In this document: positions 10,172 through 20,797 of the stretch, piece after piece
Layout: each line of letters opens with the position of its first letter
Position numbering within the stretch: the first letter of the stretch is position 1
Assembly (NCBI GenBank): GCA_002383285.1
Contig: DFXU01000007.1
Span: 2,712 to 66,711 of the forward strand
Direction of reading: 5' to 3'
Source of the DNA: Bacillales bacterium UBA4100
Lineage (GTDB): Bacteria; Bacillota; Bacilli; Paenibacillales; UBA4045
Length of the DNA: 64,000 nucleotides
Notes under the pieces: model-generated
Database searches by the model: none
The model's input: only the letters and a program-made list of their open reading frames with translations
What the model was told of the DNA's origin: nothing
Position numbers and translations under genes: made by a program

Positions 10172-10868
10172 ATTGTTGTTGCTTCTGTTGTAGCTTGATT
10201 AGCGCTTGTGCAGCTGCCCGTTGCTCGGATTCTTTCTTACTTCGACCGATACCAGTTCCCATTACATTAGAATCAAATCTTACCTCAATGGTAAATTGTT
10301 TCTCATGAGAAGGACCGCTTTCCATGACTAGACAATATTCCGGTTTACTCAGGTTATTCTGCTGCGTATACTCCTGGAGCTGCGACTTAGCATCGGTTAT
10401 TTGGTCTGAATTCTCCAGCCTCAGCTTCATAAATAAATTAGATTGTAGAAACTGCACAACAGTCTCAAGCCCCTGATCCAAGTATAAGGCGCCAATGAAT
10501 GCTTCGAATACATCGGCGAGAATAGCAGGCTTTGACCTTCCACCTGTCGTTTCCTCACCTCTGCCAAGTAATAAATGTCTGCCGAAATGATGTTCGTCCG
10601 CAAGTAATTTCAGAGAGGGCTCACATACGATCGATGCCCTCATCTTCGTTAATTCACCTTCCGGAAGCTTTGGGAATTGCTCATAAAGATACTGAGTGAC
10701 TGTTAACTCTAGAACAGCATCTCCTAGAAATTCTAGTCGTTCATTATGCTTAGCTTGTTTGTTCTCATTCACATAAGAAGTATGGGTGAATGCTTGCTGT
10801 AACAAACTCAGATCATTAAACTTCACACCTAATTCAGCCTGGAGCTGTTGGAACATCTTCATAGGCAT
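10170..10868 (-). CDS. rnc: Ribonuclease III
   Basis: Carries the RNase III signature ERLEFLGDAVLE and a C-terminal dsRNA-binding domain. It abuts the fabF stop. Confidence 0.95.
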   Translation of the reverse strand: MPMKMFQQLQAELGVKFNDLSLLQQAFTHTSYVNENKQAKHNERLEFLGDAVLELTVTQYLYEQFPKLPEGELTKMRASIVCEPSLKLLADEHHFGRHLLLGRGEETTGGRSKPAILADVFEAFIGALYLDQGLETVVQFLQSNLFMKLRLENSDQITDAKSQLQEYTQQNNLSKPEYCLVMESGPSHEKQFTIEVRFDSNVMGTGIGRSKKESEQRAAAQALIKLQQKQQQ

Positions 10869-12106
10869 TACTCTTCGAATCGTTTCAGCACGATGGTTGC
10901 ATTATGACCGCCGAAGCCGAAGGAGTTAGAGAGAGCAATTGATATATCTGCTTTACGAGGTTTATTCGGAACATAATCTAAATCACATTCCGGATCTTGA
11001 TTTTCCAAGTTAATCGTTGGTGGGATGAACCCTCGAGTGATCGTTAGCGCTAATATTACAGCCTCTACTCCACCAGCCGCTCCGAGCATGTGACCCGTCA
11101 TAGACTTTGTTGAGGATACAGCTAGTTTATAAGCATGATCGCCGAACGTTTTCTTAATAGCGATGGTCTCGGATTTATCACCAACTGGTGTAGATGTACC
11201 ATGTGCATTAATATATTCAACTTGATCGGCATTGATTCCGGCATCCTTCAACGCACGAACCATACAACGGGCTGCACCATCGGGATCGGGATCCGTCATG
11301 TGATGAGCATCTCCACTCATACCATAACCGATAATTTCAGCATAGATATGTGCTCCACGTTTCTTCGCATGCTCAAGCTCTTCAATAACGAGCACACCAG
11401 CACCTTCTGACATAACGAAACCATCTCGATCGACATCGAATGGACGACTTGCCCGTTCAGGCTCATCATTCCTAGTTGACATCGCTCTCATCGCGCAGAA
11501 TCCTGACATACCCGTAGGACGAATCGTTGCTTCTGCTCCACCACAAACCATGACATCTGCTTCATCACGAAGAATAAGCTTATAGGCATCTCCGATCGAG
11601 TTCGTTCCTGTAGCACATGCTGTAACTACCGTGCTGTTCGGACCCTTAGCACCAGTGATTATAGATATTTGTCCAGAACCCATATTAGCAATCATCATCG
11701 GAATGAAGAACGGGCTAACACGCTTAGGTCCTCGCTCTAATAATATATTATGTTGATCCTCCCAAGTACCAAGTCCACCGATACCTGAACCTACATATAT
11801 CCCTGCTCGTTCAGGATCCATGTCTTCTCTAATATTCAAATTAGCGTCCTTAAGTGCCATTGTACTAGCAGCAACAGCAAACTGAACAAAGCGGTCCATT
11901 CTGCGAGTTTCCCGCTTATCCATATAATTCTCAGGCTCGAAATCTTTAATTGCACCAGCAATCGTTGTAGGATATTCACTTACATCAAAGCTCTCCACTT
12001 GTGAGATCCCTGATTTACCTGTCATCAGACTATCCCAGAACGTGTCTAAGTCCTTACCTATCGCTGACATAACTCCCATACCTGTAATAACAACTCTGCG
12101 TTTCAT
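10868..12106 (-). CDS. fabF: 3-oxoacyl-ACP synthase II
   Basis: 412 aa with active-site contexts TACATGTNS, NAHGTSTPVGD and GFGGHNA. Confidence 0.95.
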   Translation of the reverse strand: MKRRVVITGMGVMSAIGKDLDTFWDSLMTGKSGISQVESFDVSEYPTTIAGAIKDFEPENYMDKRETRRMDRFVQFAVAASTMALKDANLNIREDMDPERAGIYVGSGIGGLGTWEDQHNILLERGPKRVSPFFIPMMIANMGSGQISIITGAKGPNSTVVTACATGTNSIGDAYKLILRDEADVMVCGGAEATIRPTGMSGFCAMRAMSTRNDEPERASRPFDVDRDGFVMSEGAGVLVIEELEHAKKRGAHIYAEIIGYGMSGDAHHMTDPDPDGAARCMVRALKDAGINADQVEYINAHGTSTPVGDKSETIAIKKTFGDHAYKLAVSSTKSMTGHMLGAAGGVEAVILALTITRGFIPPTINLENQDPECDLDYVPNKPRKADISIALSNSFGFGGHNATIVLKRFEE

Positions 12107-12233
12107 CTATTTGACCACCTCAATATTCACGGCTAATGAAAGATTATATTATTAATGATGCTTATTCAAAAAAAGTACACAATGCATGAATACCTTAATC
12201 GAACAAGTCTCTAAGGGTGTAATTACAAGGAAT

Positions 12234-12264
12234 AGTCCCGCTAGCTTACGCTTTGAGCGGGACT
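12234..12264 (-). terminator. Stem-loop after acpP (possible partial terminator or attenuator)
   Basis: AGTCCCGCT pairs with AGCGGGACT (9 bp), starting 14 nt downstream of the acpP stop. The T-tract on the minus strand is weak. Confidence 0.4.
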
Positions 12265-12277
12265 ACGAGCAATTTCT

Positions 12278-12514
12278 TTAAGAGCGATTTGCCTCTATGT
12301 ACTTCACAACTTCGCCCACAGTTGTTACTTTCTCGGCGTCTTCGTCGGAAATTTCAATATCAAACTCATCTTCCAACTCCATAACTAACTCAACTACATC
12401 TAATGAATCAGCACCTAAATCATCTTTAAACGAAGCTTCAAGGGTTACTTCAGCTTCTTCAACTCCGAGGCGATCAATTACGATTTTCTTTACGCGATCT
12501 ACTACATCTGACAT
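12278..12514 (-). CDS. acpP: Acyl carrier protein
   Basis: Carries the phosphopantetheine-attachment motif [16 protein letters not shown] trimmed the start to ATG 12514, which follows GGAGGTG. Confidence 0.95.
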   Translation of the reverse strand: MSDVVDRVKKIVIDRLGVEEAEVTLEASFKDDLGADSLDVVELVMELEDEFDIEISDEDAEKVTTVGEVVKYIEANRS

Positions 12515-12602
12515 CCGGCTCACCTCCTCCATGGTATTATACGAAAATTAAAACGAAATTACCAGAGTGCTTGTTTATAGTGTTAGGAACAACAGTAATT
12601 CC

Positions 12603-13343
12603 TTACATATACATGCCACCATCTACATGCAGCGTCTGTCCTGTCATATAGGAAGCAGCACTGGATGCGAGGAACAATACAACATTGGCGATATCATCAG
12701 GTTTCCCAAGCTTTGCTAGTGGGATTTGCTGCAGCAAAGCTGCTTTTGCATCCTCAGGAAGCTTGTCAGTCATCTCAGTTTCAATGAATCCTGGCGCTAT
12801 ACAATTAACTGTAATATTACGTGATGCCAGCTCCCGAGCTGTTGCTTTGGTTAAACCAATAACACCCGCTTTGGCTGCTACATAATTTGCTTGACCAGGG
12901 TTACCCAGTACACCCACAACAGAGGATATATTAATGATCTTACCCGAACGCTGCTTCATCATCGGTCGAGTCACTGCTTTAATACAATTAAATACACCCT
13001 TCAGATTCGTATTAATTACATCATCAAATTCCTCTTCCTTCATTCGCATAATTAGATTATCCCGCGTAATCCCAGCATTATTCACCAGGATATCAATTGT
13101 TCCAAATTGCTCAATAACAGCTTTTATCATACTCTCAGCTTGCTCAGAATTCCCGACATGAGCTTGAATCTTCTCAGCTCTTCTCCCCATGCCTCTAATC
13201 AATTGTACAACTTCTTCAGCGGCGCTTTCACTTCCTGCGTAGTTGACAATAACATCAGCACCGGCCTTGGCTAATACTAGCGCTATTGCTCTACCAATGC
13301 CACGTGAAGCTCCTGTTACAAGTGCTACTTGACCATTAAGCAT
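12603..13343 (-). CDS. fabG: 3-oxoacyl-ACP reductase
   Basis: SDR protein with TGASRGIG and YVAAK catalytic motifs, sitting between fabD and acpP. Confidence 0.93.
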   Translation of the reverse strand: MLNGQVALVTGASRGIGRAIALVLAKAGADVIVNYAGSESAAEEVVQLIRGMGRRAEKIQAHVGNSEQAESMIKAVIEQFGTIDILVNNAGITRDNLIMRMKEEEFDDVINTNLKGVFNCIKAVTRPMMKQRSGKIINISSVVGVLGNPGQANYVAAKAGVIGLTKATARELASRNITVNCIAPGFIETEMTDKLPEDAKAALLQQIPLAKLGKPDDIANVVLFLASSAASYMTGQTLHVDGGMYM

Positions 13344-13378
13344 GTGATATCTCCTTCTTCGTATATCAATTGTTTGTG

Positions 13379-14308
13379 TTATCTGCTAATAAAGTTGTTG
13401 ATTGCTTCTATACTGTCCAACGTATAGCAGCTTACATCTTTATTAATTTTCTTGTTTAAACCAGTTAGCACGCTTCCAGACCCTACCTCTACGAAAGTAT
13501 CCACTCCATCAGCGATCATACGGTTGATACAATCCTCCCATAGTACTGGGGAGTACACTTGCTGTACTAATAGGTCACGAATTACATCCGAGTGTACAAC
13601 AGGCTCGGCTGTAACATTAGCGACGACAGGTATTGCTGCATCCTGGAATGCTAGTCCTCGCAGAACTTCATCGAGCTTCGCAGATGCGGGCTTCATTAAT
13701 GAGGAATGAAATGGACCGCTGACAACAAGGGGAATGACCCTCTTCGCCCCTATACCTCTGCCTTGATCTACCACTGCTTGAACTCCTTCACTGCTGCCAG
13801 AAACTACAATCTGACCAGGACAATTTACATTTGCAAGCTCAACTACTCCAGTATCCCTCGTTATTGTAGCACATAATGAAGCTAGAGCATCTCGATCAGC
13901 ACCTAGAACAGCAGCCATTGCCCCTAGACCCGCGGGAACAGCTTGATCCATGAATTCACCTCTGAGACGAACCGTTCTCACGGCATCCTCGAATGTCAGA
14001 ACACCGGCAACAACAAGAGCGCTATACTCACCTAAGCTGTGCCCTGCTACATAATCTGGTCGAATTTCAGCAGAACGGAGTAATTCGTAATAAGCAATGC
14101 TCGTTGTTAATAATGCTGGCTGTGTATGATAAGTTAGCCTAAGCTGATCCTCTGGACCCTGAAAGATTAGATTCGTTAATGAATAGCCTAATACTTCATC
14201 CGCTTTATCGAATACGTGTCTAGCCAATGCATTAGTATCATAGGCATCAAGTCCCATGCCAACCGATTGTGCACCCTGCCCTGGGAAGATTAGCGCTAAT
14301 TTACTCAA
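13379..14308 (-). CDS. fabD: Malonyl CoA-ACP transacylase
   Basis: Contains FPGQGAQ and GHSLGEYSA motifs. The probable start is TTG 14308, 8 nt after GGAGG; the ORF-track start at 14326 has no RBS. Confidence 0.9.
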   Translation of the reverse strand: MSKLALIFPGQGAQSVGMGLDAYDTNALARHVFDKADEVLGYSLTNLIFQGPEDQLRLTYHTQPALLTTSIAYYELLRSAEIRPDYVAGHSLGEYSALVVAGVLTFEDAVRTVRLRGEFMDQAVPAGLGAMAAVLGADRDALASLCATITRDTGVVELANVNCPGQIVVSGSSEGVQAVVDQGRGIGAKRVIPLVVSGPFHSSLMKPASAKLDEVLRGLAFQDAAIPVVANVTAEPVVHSDVIRDLLVQQVYSPVLWEDCINRMIADGVDTFVEVGSGSVLTGLNKKINKDVSCYTLDSIEAINNFISR

Positions 14309-14351
14309 GTAAGTAACCTCCATCAAATCGAGTTAATTGTACCAATAATAA

Positions 14352-15293
14352 TTACCAGATCAGTACAGCTGCTCCCCAAGTTAAACCACCGCCAAAGCCA
14401 ACGAATAGTAAACAATCGCCTTCCTTTACGCGACCGGTCTCTACTGCTTCCGCTAACGCAAGTGGAATCGAGGCAGCTGAAACGTTGCCATAACGATCTA
14501 AATTCACAATACACTTATCAATATTCAAATCTAATCGCTCCATAGCAGATTCAATAATCCGCATATTGGCTTGGTGAGGAATTAATAAATCGATATCCCC
14601 TTTAGTCAGATTAGCTTTCCGTAACGCTTCTTCTGCGGTAGATCCCATAATACGAACTGCAAACTTAAACACATCACGACCAGCCATGTGAATATGTCCG
14701 TTCTCATTAACCTTCAAGAGGTCTCCACCGGTACCGTCAGCACCAAGCTCGAACGATTTAAAGCCACGTCCTTCAGCAACTGGTCCAAGAATAACTGCTC
14801 CTGCTCCGTCACCGAACAGAATGCAAGTATTACGATCCGTGTAATCCGTAATCTTCGACAATGTCTCTGCACCAATAACTAATGCATATTTATATGTACC
14901 CAGTGCGATAAAGTTAGAAGCATTAGCCATAGCATATATAAAGCCAGAGCAAGCTGCCGATAAGTCGAATGCAGCAGCCTTCTTCATTCCTAATCTTTCT
15001 TGAAGTTTGCAGGCAGTTGAGGGAAAGGTTGCTTCTGGTGTAATTGTAGCAACGATGATTAGATCGATATCCTCAGGCATTAATCCCGCATTAGCGATAG
15101 CTCTTCTTGCTGCTTCAGTTGCAATATCAGTTGTCGTTTGCTCAGCGGATGCCAATCTTCTTTCCTTGATTCCAGTACGAGTCACGATCCATTCATCATT
15201 CGTTTCAACCATAGCCTCAAGCTCTTTATTCGTTAATATCCGTTCAGGTACATAACTACCTGTTCCTATAATTCCAACTGGTATAATTCCCAT
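14352..15293 (-). CDS. fabH: 3-oxoacyl-ACP synthase III
   Basis: Carries active-site Cys AACSGF and HQANMRI. The likely start is ATG 15293, downstream of AGAAGGTGAG; the ORF-track GTG at 15308 overlaps the plsX stop. Confidence 0.92.
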   Translation of the reverse strand: MGIIPVGIIGTGSYVPERILTNKELEAMVETNDEWIVTRTGIKERRLASAEQTTTDIATEAARRAIANAGLMPEDIDLIIVATITPEATFPSTACKLQERLGMKKAAAFDLSAACSGFIYAMANASNFIALGTYKYALVIGAETLSKITDYTDRNTCILFGDGAGAVILGPVAEGRGFKSFELGADGTGGDLLKVNENGHIHMAGRDVFKFAVRIMGSTAEEALRKANLTKGDIDLLIPHQANMRIIESAMERLDLNIDKCIVNLDRYGNVSAASIPLALAEAVETGRVKEGDCLLFVGFGGGLTWGAAVLIW

Positions 15294-15304
15294 GAAGTAA
15301 CCAC

Positions 15305-16294
15305 TCACCTTCTATTAATTTCTGCAGAGATGGCTCCAACTAGGCTGCCTACCCTCAACGCATCACGTGCTTGTCTAACCGAGCTCTTAATTGCGGTAGC
15401 ATCTGATGAGCCATGACTCTTAATACATACACCATTCACACCTAATAGCAGTGCCCCACCGTGCTCGCGATAATCCATCTTATTCTTGAATTTGCGTAAG
15501 CCTGGAGCTACGATTGCTGCTGCAATCTTCGTTAAGAAGTTGCGGGTGAACTCTTTTTTTATAGCAGAGAATATCGTAGATGAAGCCCCTTCAAAGGCTT
15601 TAAGTAGAATGTTACCAACGAATGCATCACAGATGAGTACATCACAATTACCTTCAAGAACATCACGAGCTTCAACATTACCAATAAAATGGATCGGGGC
15701 TTGCTGAAGCAACGGAAAAACAGCCTTAGTAAGTTCATTACCCTTCATCTCTTCAGTACCAACATTCAATAAGGCAATTCGAGGATTACTCATCCCATGT
15801 ACAAGCTCTCGATAAACACGTCCCATAATCGCATACTGTACTAAATGCTGGGGCTCAGCATCCATGTTAGCACCCAAATCAAGAGCAAGCACGCCTCTTC
15901 CATCCGAAGACGGAAGCATAGGAGCAAGAGCAGGCCTCTCAACACCTTCAATCCGCCCGATAATGAGCAAGCCTGTCGCCATTAAAGCGCCGGTATTCCC
16001 AGAAGAAATCATGGCATCAGCTTCGCGTTCCTTTACTAATCTGCCTGCAACTACCATTGATGCATCCTTCTTCCTTCGAACTGCCTTCACGGGCTCGTCG
16101 TCAGCTAGAATGACCTCTGTGGTGTGATGTATATGTATATTGGGTGGTTTATCCTTCAGTAATGGCAGTATTCGCGTTTCATCTCCAACTAGAATAATAT
16201 CGATATCATTCCATTCTCTAGCTGCCAATAAAGCTCCTTCAACATTTGACTCAGGAGCATGATCTCCTCCCATAGCATCGATAGCAATTCTCAT
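15305..16294 (-). CDS. plsX: Phosphate acyltransferase PlsX
   Basis: 329 aa with the MRIAIDAMGGDHAP N-terminus, following fapR. Confidence 0.95.
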   Translation of the reverse strand: MRIAIDAMGGDHAPESNVEGALLAAREWNDIDIILVGDETRILPLLKDKPPNIHIHHTTEVILADDEPVKAVRRKKDASMVVAGRLVKEREADAMISSGNTGALMATGLLIIGRIEGVERPALAPMLPSSDGRGVLALDLGANMDAEPQHLVQYAIMGRVYRELVHGMSNPRIALLNVGTEEMKGNELTKAVFPLLQQAPIHFIGNVEARDVLEGNCDVLICDAFVGNILLKAFEGASSTIFSAIKKEFTRNFLTKIAAAIVAPGLRKFKNKMDYREHGGALLLGVNGVCIKSHGSSDATAIKSSVRQARDALRVGSLVGAISAEINRR

Positions 16295-16305
16295 GATGAG
16301 ACCTC

Positions 16306-16875
16306 CTACTCTTTATGAATACGAAAAATGACAAAATCACCTTGGAAAACAAGCTCTTCACCTACATAGGTTAAGACTTCTACGCGCGCTTTAGTTCGAG
16401 CCTTCGAGATCGAACGCACATATGCCTTAGCTATACATTTCTCCCCTAAAACAACAGTACGAACAAATCGAATTTCGGCTGAGGCAGTTAATGCCACTTC
16501 CTCATTAATGACTGCGACTGCAAGTGAATTAGCTTGGGCAAAGATATGATGTCCTCGCGCAATTTTTGTACGTGAGAAAACATGATGATCCATAATCTCG
16601 AATAAAGAGATACCACTCTTATCCAGCTGTAGATCTATCACATCTCCAATAATTTCATGTAAGGGCAATGAGCGTACTTGGTCATAGGATTGTTCTGCCA
16701 TTAGTTTCATTCGTTCCCGCAGCTCAGGTATGGAGAGCTCCATACGGTCTAGGCGAATCGTTTGAATACTAACATTGAACTTACGCATCAATTCATCATC
16801 GGTGATGAATGGATTCTGTTCTATGGAATCAGTTAATTGCTGCTGACGTATTTTTTTGGGCAGACGGTCGATCAC
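16306..16875 (-). CDS. fapR: Fatty acid/phospholipid synthesis transcription factor FapR
   Basis: HTH region (VSIQTIRLDRMELSIPELRERM) followed by a hot-dog thioesterase-like domain (ARGHHIFAQANSLAVA). The probable start is GTG 16875, after AAAGGTGGTGA, which gives 189 aa. The ORF-track ATG at 16899 lacks a spaced RBS. Confidence 0.9.
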   Translation of the reverse strand: MIDRLPKKIRQQQLTDSIEQNPFITDDELMRKFNVSIQTIRLDRMELSIPELRERMKLMAEQSYDQVRSLPLHEIIGDVIDLQLDKSGISLFEIMDHHVFSRTKIARGHHIFAQANSLAVAVINEEVALTASAEIRFVRTVVLGEKCIAKAYVRSISKARTKARVEVLTYVGEELVFQGDFVIFRIHKE

Positions 16876-16926
16876 AATCACCACCTTTAAGCGGAGCATT
16901 CCTTAGAAAAATGAGTTTACTGCTTT

Positions 16927-16960
16927 TTAATACCTGATACTAGTAGTAGTATATATAATT
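16927..16960 (-). promoter_or_regulatory. Putative FapR operator overlapping the fapR promoter -10 region
   Basis: The minus strand reads AATTATATATACTACTACTAGTATCAGGTATTAA. This is an AT-rich imperfect inverted repeat (TAGTATC / GGTATTA). It closely resembles the FapR operator as I recall it (..ACTACTATTAGTACCTAGTCTTAA..) and lies about 50 nt upstream of fapR. Confidence 0.55.
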
Positions 16961-16980
16961 CCGCATGAAAAGGAAAGAAC

Positions 16981-17013
16981 AAAAAAAGCATCTCACAAAT
17001 TGTGAAATGCTTT
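16981..17013 (-). terminator. Intrinsic terminator after rpmF
   Basis: The minus strand reads AGCATTTCACAATTTGTGAGATGCT followed by TTTTTTT, about 20 nt downstream of the rpmF stop. Confidence 0.75.
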
Positions 17014-17035
17014 CTTTGATAGGATTGTATAATCA

Positions 17036-17209
17036 CTAGGCTTTAACGATATCTCTACCGTCATAAGATCCACACGATTTACAAACGTGATGTGCTAGCT
17101 TTAATTCTGCACAATTGTCACACTTTACCATGCCCGGTACACTTAGTTTAAAGTGAGTACGGCGCTTGTCGCGACGAGTTTTTGATGTCCTTCTTTGGGG
17201 TACTGCCAT
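17036..17209 (-). CDS. rpmF: 50S ribosomal protein L32
   Basis: Starts [19 protein letters not shown] and carries a CxxC..CxxC zinc ribbon. The start is ATG 17209, after GGAGGTGGG. Confidence 0.95.
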   Translation of the reverse strand: MAVPQRRTSKTRRDKRRTHFKLSVPGMVKCDNCAELKLAHHVCKSCGSYDGRDIVKA

Positions 17210-17232
17210 ATTGCCCACCTCCTAATCAGAAT

Positions 17233-17748
17233 CTACTTGCTTAGAAAACCCTTTAATCCGCTCCAACGCGGGTCCGTTAGCTCTTCGGTACAATTACATG
17301 CTTCCTCATTGAGATTAACACCACAAGCGGGGCATAGCCCCTTGCAATGCTCGCTGCATAATGGAAACATCGGTAGTTCCAATAAGATATGCTCTTTAGT
17401 GTACGGGTCTAAACTGATCTTATCCTCGGTCACAACATTAACCGTATCATCTATATCAGCAGGCTCCTCGTCTTCCTTCGGAGTCTCATTAGAGAACAAT
17501 TCAGTATACGAGAAATCTAAAGGCTCCTCGAAGGCCGCTAAGCATCTCGAGCAGATAAGTTCAAGATCAACGTGAACATGAGCGTTCACCCTAACATTCC
17601 CAGCTTCATAAATCGCATCCGCTTCTGTATGTACCAGCCCAGATTTGCTAATGCTCAGATGATTGTCAACAATGTCAGAGATATCGATCTTATCAGCGAG
17701 GTGAACCTTCTCTTGTTTGCCGTATAGTTCACGCAAATGGATTAACAC
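17233..17748 (-). CDS. yceD: DUF177 (YceD/YlbN) protein
   Basis: 171 aa with a C-terminal Cys cluster (CSEHCKGLCPACGVNLNEEACNC). It sits in the conserved position immediately upstream of rpmF and starts at a GTG after GAGGTGA. Confidence 0.85.
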   Translation of the reverse strand: MLIHLRELYGKQEKVHLADKIDISDIVDNHLSISKSGLVHTEADAIYEAGNVRVNAHVHVDLELICSRCLAAFEEPLDFSYTELFSNETPKEDEEPADIDDTVNVVTEDKISLDPYTKEHILLELPMFPLCSEHCKGLCPACGVNLNEEACNCTEELTDPRWSGLKGFLSK

Positions 17749-17775
17749 AATGTATCACCTCAAACAAACAAAGTA

Positions 17776-17805
17776 ATTATAGCGAGTTTTGCATTCTGTT
17801 GTCAA
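17776..17805 (-). promoter_or_regulatory. Sigma-A-type promoter for yceD-rpmF
   Basis: On the minus strand, TTGACA (17805-17800), an 18-nt spacer, then TATAAT (17781-17776), about 30 nt upstream of the yceD start. Confidence 0.65.
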
Positions 17806-17841
17806 TGAATTTAGTAAAAAACGTTATTTGTCTAATACGAG

Positions 17842-18903
17842 CTACTCTGTAATTATAGGGATATCACGCAAATAGTCAAGTGCATCCTGAATGGTAGTAA
17901 CGGGAATGATCTTCAAATCGATGTCAAGCTCGTCTGCCCTTTCAATCGCAGCCTTCTCATTATTGACAGGCACGAAGAATAGATCAGCTTCTTCACGATC
18001 GGCTGCAACAACCTTATGATGGATTCCCCCGATTGGACCGACGGTTCCTTCAGGACTTATTGTACCCGTTCCTGCAATGCGATAACCCTTAGTTAGATCG
18101 CCCGGTGTTAATTGGTCATAAATTTCTAGAGCAAAAATTAAGCCAGCTGATGGACCGCCTATATCCTTTACATCTATCGATACTTGCTGGTTCACATGCT
18201 CTGCACGAATTTCTGCAACATCTACAGGTGATATGCCTAGACCGGGATGTGGCTCTAGATTCTTCACTACCTCGCCCTGTTCATTCGGCAAGAGAGAGTA
18301 ATCACCCATCACAATATCAGAATATAGAAGCTCACCTTTACGTTTGTATCCGATCGATACCTTGTCACCGACTTTCCTTCCTTTAACCCAATCGAATACT
18401 TCATCACTACGCGTAATCGCTTTACGATCGAACTCGACAATCACATCTCCGATTTGTAGAATACCAGCGGCAGGCATTCCCTCGATCACTCGATTAATGA
18501 CAACACCCTTGTAATCCAAAAAATATGGGATACCCGCCGCTTCATAGGCTGCCTGCAGTGCATTACTCTGAGACGACAACATCACGATAGCTTGCCTTTC
18601 ACTATAGTCTGCACGAGACTCACCAGGCGGACGCAAGTCCTTCTCCACATAGATATCCCACTTGGAATTGAAGTGTGCGACCACATACATGAACCAATTC
18701 GGATACATCTGACGTACCGTTGTCAGCATTAGAACGCTTCCCTCGACAACAGCTGGATCATTCACCTGTACCATCGGTCCTACATCCTCGGCAGTTCCTG
18801 GCTTCTGAATGACATAAGGCGTACTCATAAAAAAAAGTCCATAGGTGACGATGAAGAAGAATATCATAGCGAGTGTTGTTACCCATATATCTCGTTTAAT
18901 CAT
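17842..18903 (-). CDS. ylbL: PDZ domain plus Lon-like C-terminal domain membrane serine protease (YlbL/SepM family)
   Basis: Has an N-terminal TM helix, a central PDZ-like segment (GILQIGDVIVEFD) and the Lon proteolytic-domain motif DIGGPSAGLIFALEIY. Confidence 0.8.
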   Translation of the reverse strand: MIKRDIWVTTLAMIFFFIVTYGLFFMSTPYVIQKPGTAEDVGPMVQVNDPAVVEGSVLMLTTVRQMYPNWFMYVVAHFNSKWDIYVEKDLRPPGESRADYSERQAIVMLSSQSNALQAAYEAAGIPYFLDYKGVVINRVIEGMPAAGILQIGDVIVEFDRKAITRSDEVFDWVKGRKVGDKVSIGYKRKGELLYSDIVMGDYSLLPNEQGEVVKNLEPHPGLGISPVDVAEIRAEHVNQQVSIDVKDIGGPSAGLIFALEIYDQLTPGDLTKGYRIAGTGTISPEGTVGPIGGIHHKVVAADREEADLFFVPVNNEKAAIERADELDIDLKIIPVTTIQDALDYLRDIPIITE

Positions 18904-19062
18904 GTAATGAAACTCCTCTCAAGCACCCTCAACCCCATCTTTATATGTCCAACATGCGGCTTCCACAAGACGGAATAGCATATTAGCTTGGTCTATTCTT
19001 TCTAATTATAGCGTAACATGTAACACAACCCAACCACAGCACAATAACTATATATAGATAGG

Positions 19063-20316
19063 ATGTATCCAATGCGATTTTTAAAGCTTAGCTACCAAGA
19101 TCGAACATTCACATTCCTTATCGGCATTATAGCGACTTGCACAGTGGTAGGTGTGCTCGCCTATCCTTCTCAAGCGCTCGCTGCTTCTACATTAGGTTTG
19201 CGTATTTGGTGGAATATGGTATTCCCTGCACTTCTACCTTTTTTTATTCTATGCGAAATTGTTATGGCTTATGGTATAGCACATACATTAGGTGTGCTGA
19301 TTGATCCGCTTCTTCGAAGATTATTCCGTTTGCCAGGCATTTCTGGTTGGTCCTTCATAACCGCAATACTTGCAGGATCTCCCGCAGGAGTCGAGGTCGT
19401 AGTTAAGCTTCGCAAGGCAGGCCGAATAGATCAGCTTGCGGGTGAACGAATAACGATGCTCTCCCATTTTGCCAATCCAATCTTCATGATAACCATTGTT
19501 TCTGTGGCTTTTCTACAACGACCTGAACTAGCTTTATTCATCTGTATTGTCCATTACATTTCTGTGCTTGGCTGTGCAATCATATTCCGTAATTATCACT
19601 TACCCAAGGATGTGACTGGAGAGCAGCTGCAAGATGATCCACTGAAATCCATATGGTCCAAGGTGAATATGGCCATTCACGAAGCGCGACAACAGGATCA
19701 ACGTTCTTTCGGACAGCTATTAGGTGAAGCAGTATCTGGCTCCTTGCAGAAATTGATGATGATTGGCGGGACAATCATGATGTTCTCCGTACTTCTAGAA
19801 TTAGTTGCTGTATCAGGTATTTCAGGATTTTTCATAAACATCATACGGTTTCTAGATCATCCCAACTCTCTATGGACCACCAGCTTGGATCCCCTCATCG
19901 CAGGATTATCAGAAGTCCATATCGGTATTTACTCTGTGACACAACTGGAGCATATGTCTATCTTAATAAAAACCGTGTTACTCAGTGGGATGATCGCTTG
20001 GGGTGGATTATCTGTACATCTGCAGGTTCGAGCGCTACTACACGGTACAGACATTCGATATTCACCTTTCTTACTAGCTAGAGCTGTTCAGAGTGTCCTA
20101 TCCATACTTCTCGTCTTCCTATTGTGGCTGCCATACCATCGATGGCTCTCACCAGTTGTTCCAAGCTTTCTGAGTAACGAAGCTCCCTCATTAGTCGTTG
20201 ACACTATGGTATTCTGGGATATGTACGTGCCTTGGCGAAATTCTTCAGTCATATTCATCGTAGTCACTTTCTTGCTTGCAGCAGTAATTTACTCTAACCG
20301 AACGCGGTCTAGCTAA
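19063..20316 (+). CDS. ylbJ: Sporulation integral membrane protein YlbJ
   Basis: 417-aa polytopic membrane protein next to coaD/rsmD, as in the Bacillus ylb cluster. It is the only large plus-strand gene in block A. Confidence 0.75.
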   Translation: MYPMRFLKLSYQDRTFTFLIGIIATCTVVGVLAYPSQALAASTLGLRIWWNMVFPALLPFFILCEIVMAYGIAHTLGVLIDPLLRRLFRLPGISGWSFITAILAGSPAGVEVVVKLRKAGRIDQLAGERITMLSHFANPIFMITIVSVAFLQRPELALFICIVHYISVLGCAIIFRNYHLPKDVTGEQLQDDPLKSIWSKVNMAIHEARQQDQRSFGQLLGEAVSGSLQKLMMIGGTIMMFSVLLELVAVSGISGFFINIIRFLDHPNSLWTTSLDPLIAGLSEVHIGIYSVTQLEHMSILIKTVLLSGMIAWGGLSVHLQVRALLHGTDIRYSPFLLARAVQSVLSILLVFLLWLPYHRWLSPVVPSFLSNEAPSLVVDTMVFWDMYVPWRNSSVIFIVVTFLLAAVIYSNRTRSS

Positions 20317-20797
20317 ATAATTGTGGATTCTTCCGCTTCAGTGCTTGTTCGACAACTGGTGGTACGAGCTCGGATACAGGTCCTTGGAAGCGGGCAATCT
20401 CCTTCACAATACTTGAGCTCAAGTATGAATACTCAGGACTTGATGTCATGAACAATGTCTCCACTTGATCACCCAATTTACGATTCATCGTCGCTAATTG
20501 TAGCTCATATTCATAATCGGATACAGAACGAATGGCTCTAACAATGACCTTAGCACCCTTTGTTTCCATATAATGAATGAGCAGGTCATTAAAGCTATCC
20601 ACCTCAACGTTCGGCAAGTCATGTATCACCTCATGTAATAATTCAAGACGCTCAGGTATAGTAAATAATGGATTCTTGCTAGCGTTGTTAAGAACTGCAA
20701 CGATCAGATGATCGAATACATCGGCCGCTCGCTTTATAATATCTAGATGCCCCATCGTAAGTGGATCGAAGCTCCCAGGGTACACTGCAATCTTCAT
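20309..20797 (-). CDS. coaD: Phosphopantetheine adenylyltransferase
   Basis: Starts [21 protein letters not shown], which includes the nucleotidyltransferase HxGH motif. The ATG at 20797 overlaps the rsmD stop (ATGA). Confidence 0.93.
   Translation of the reverse strand: MKIAVYPGSFDPLTMGHLDIIKRAADVFDHLIVAVLNNASKNPLFTIPERLELLHEVIHDLPNVEVDSFNDLLIHYMETKGAKVIVRAIRSVSDYEYELQLATMNRKLGDQVETLFMTSSPEYSYLSSSIVKEIARFQGPVSELVPPVVEQALKRKNPQLFS

Noticed and set aside
12297-12551. 84-aa Ser/Thr-rich ORF on the plus strand
   Set aside because: It lies exactly antisense to acpP, with a low-complexity translation and no RBS, so it is a shadow ORF.
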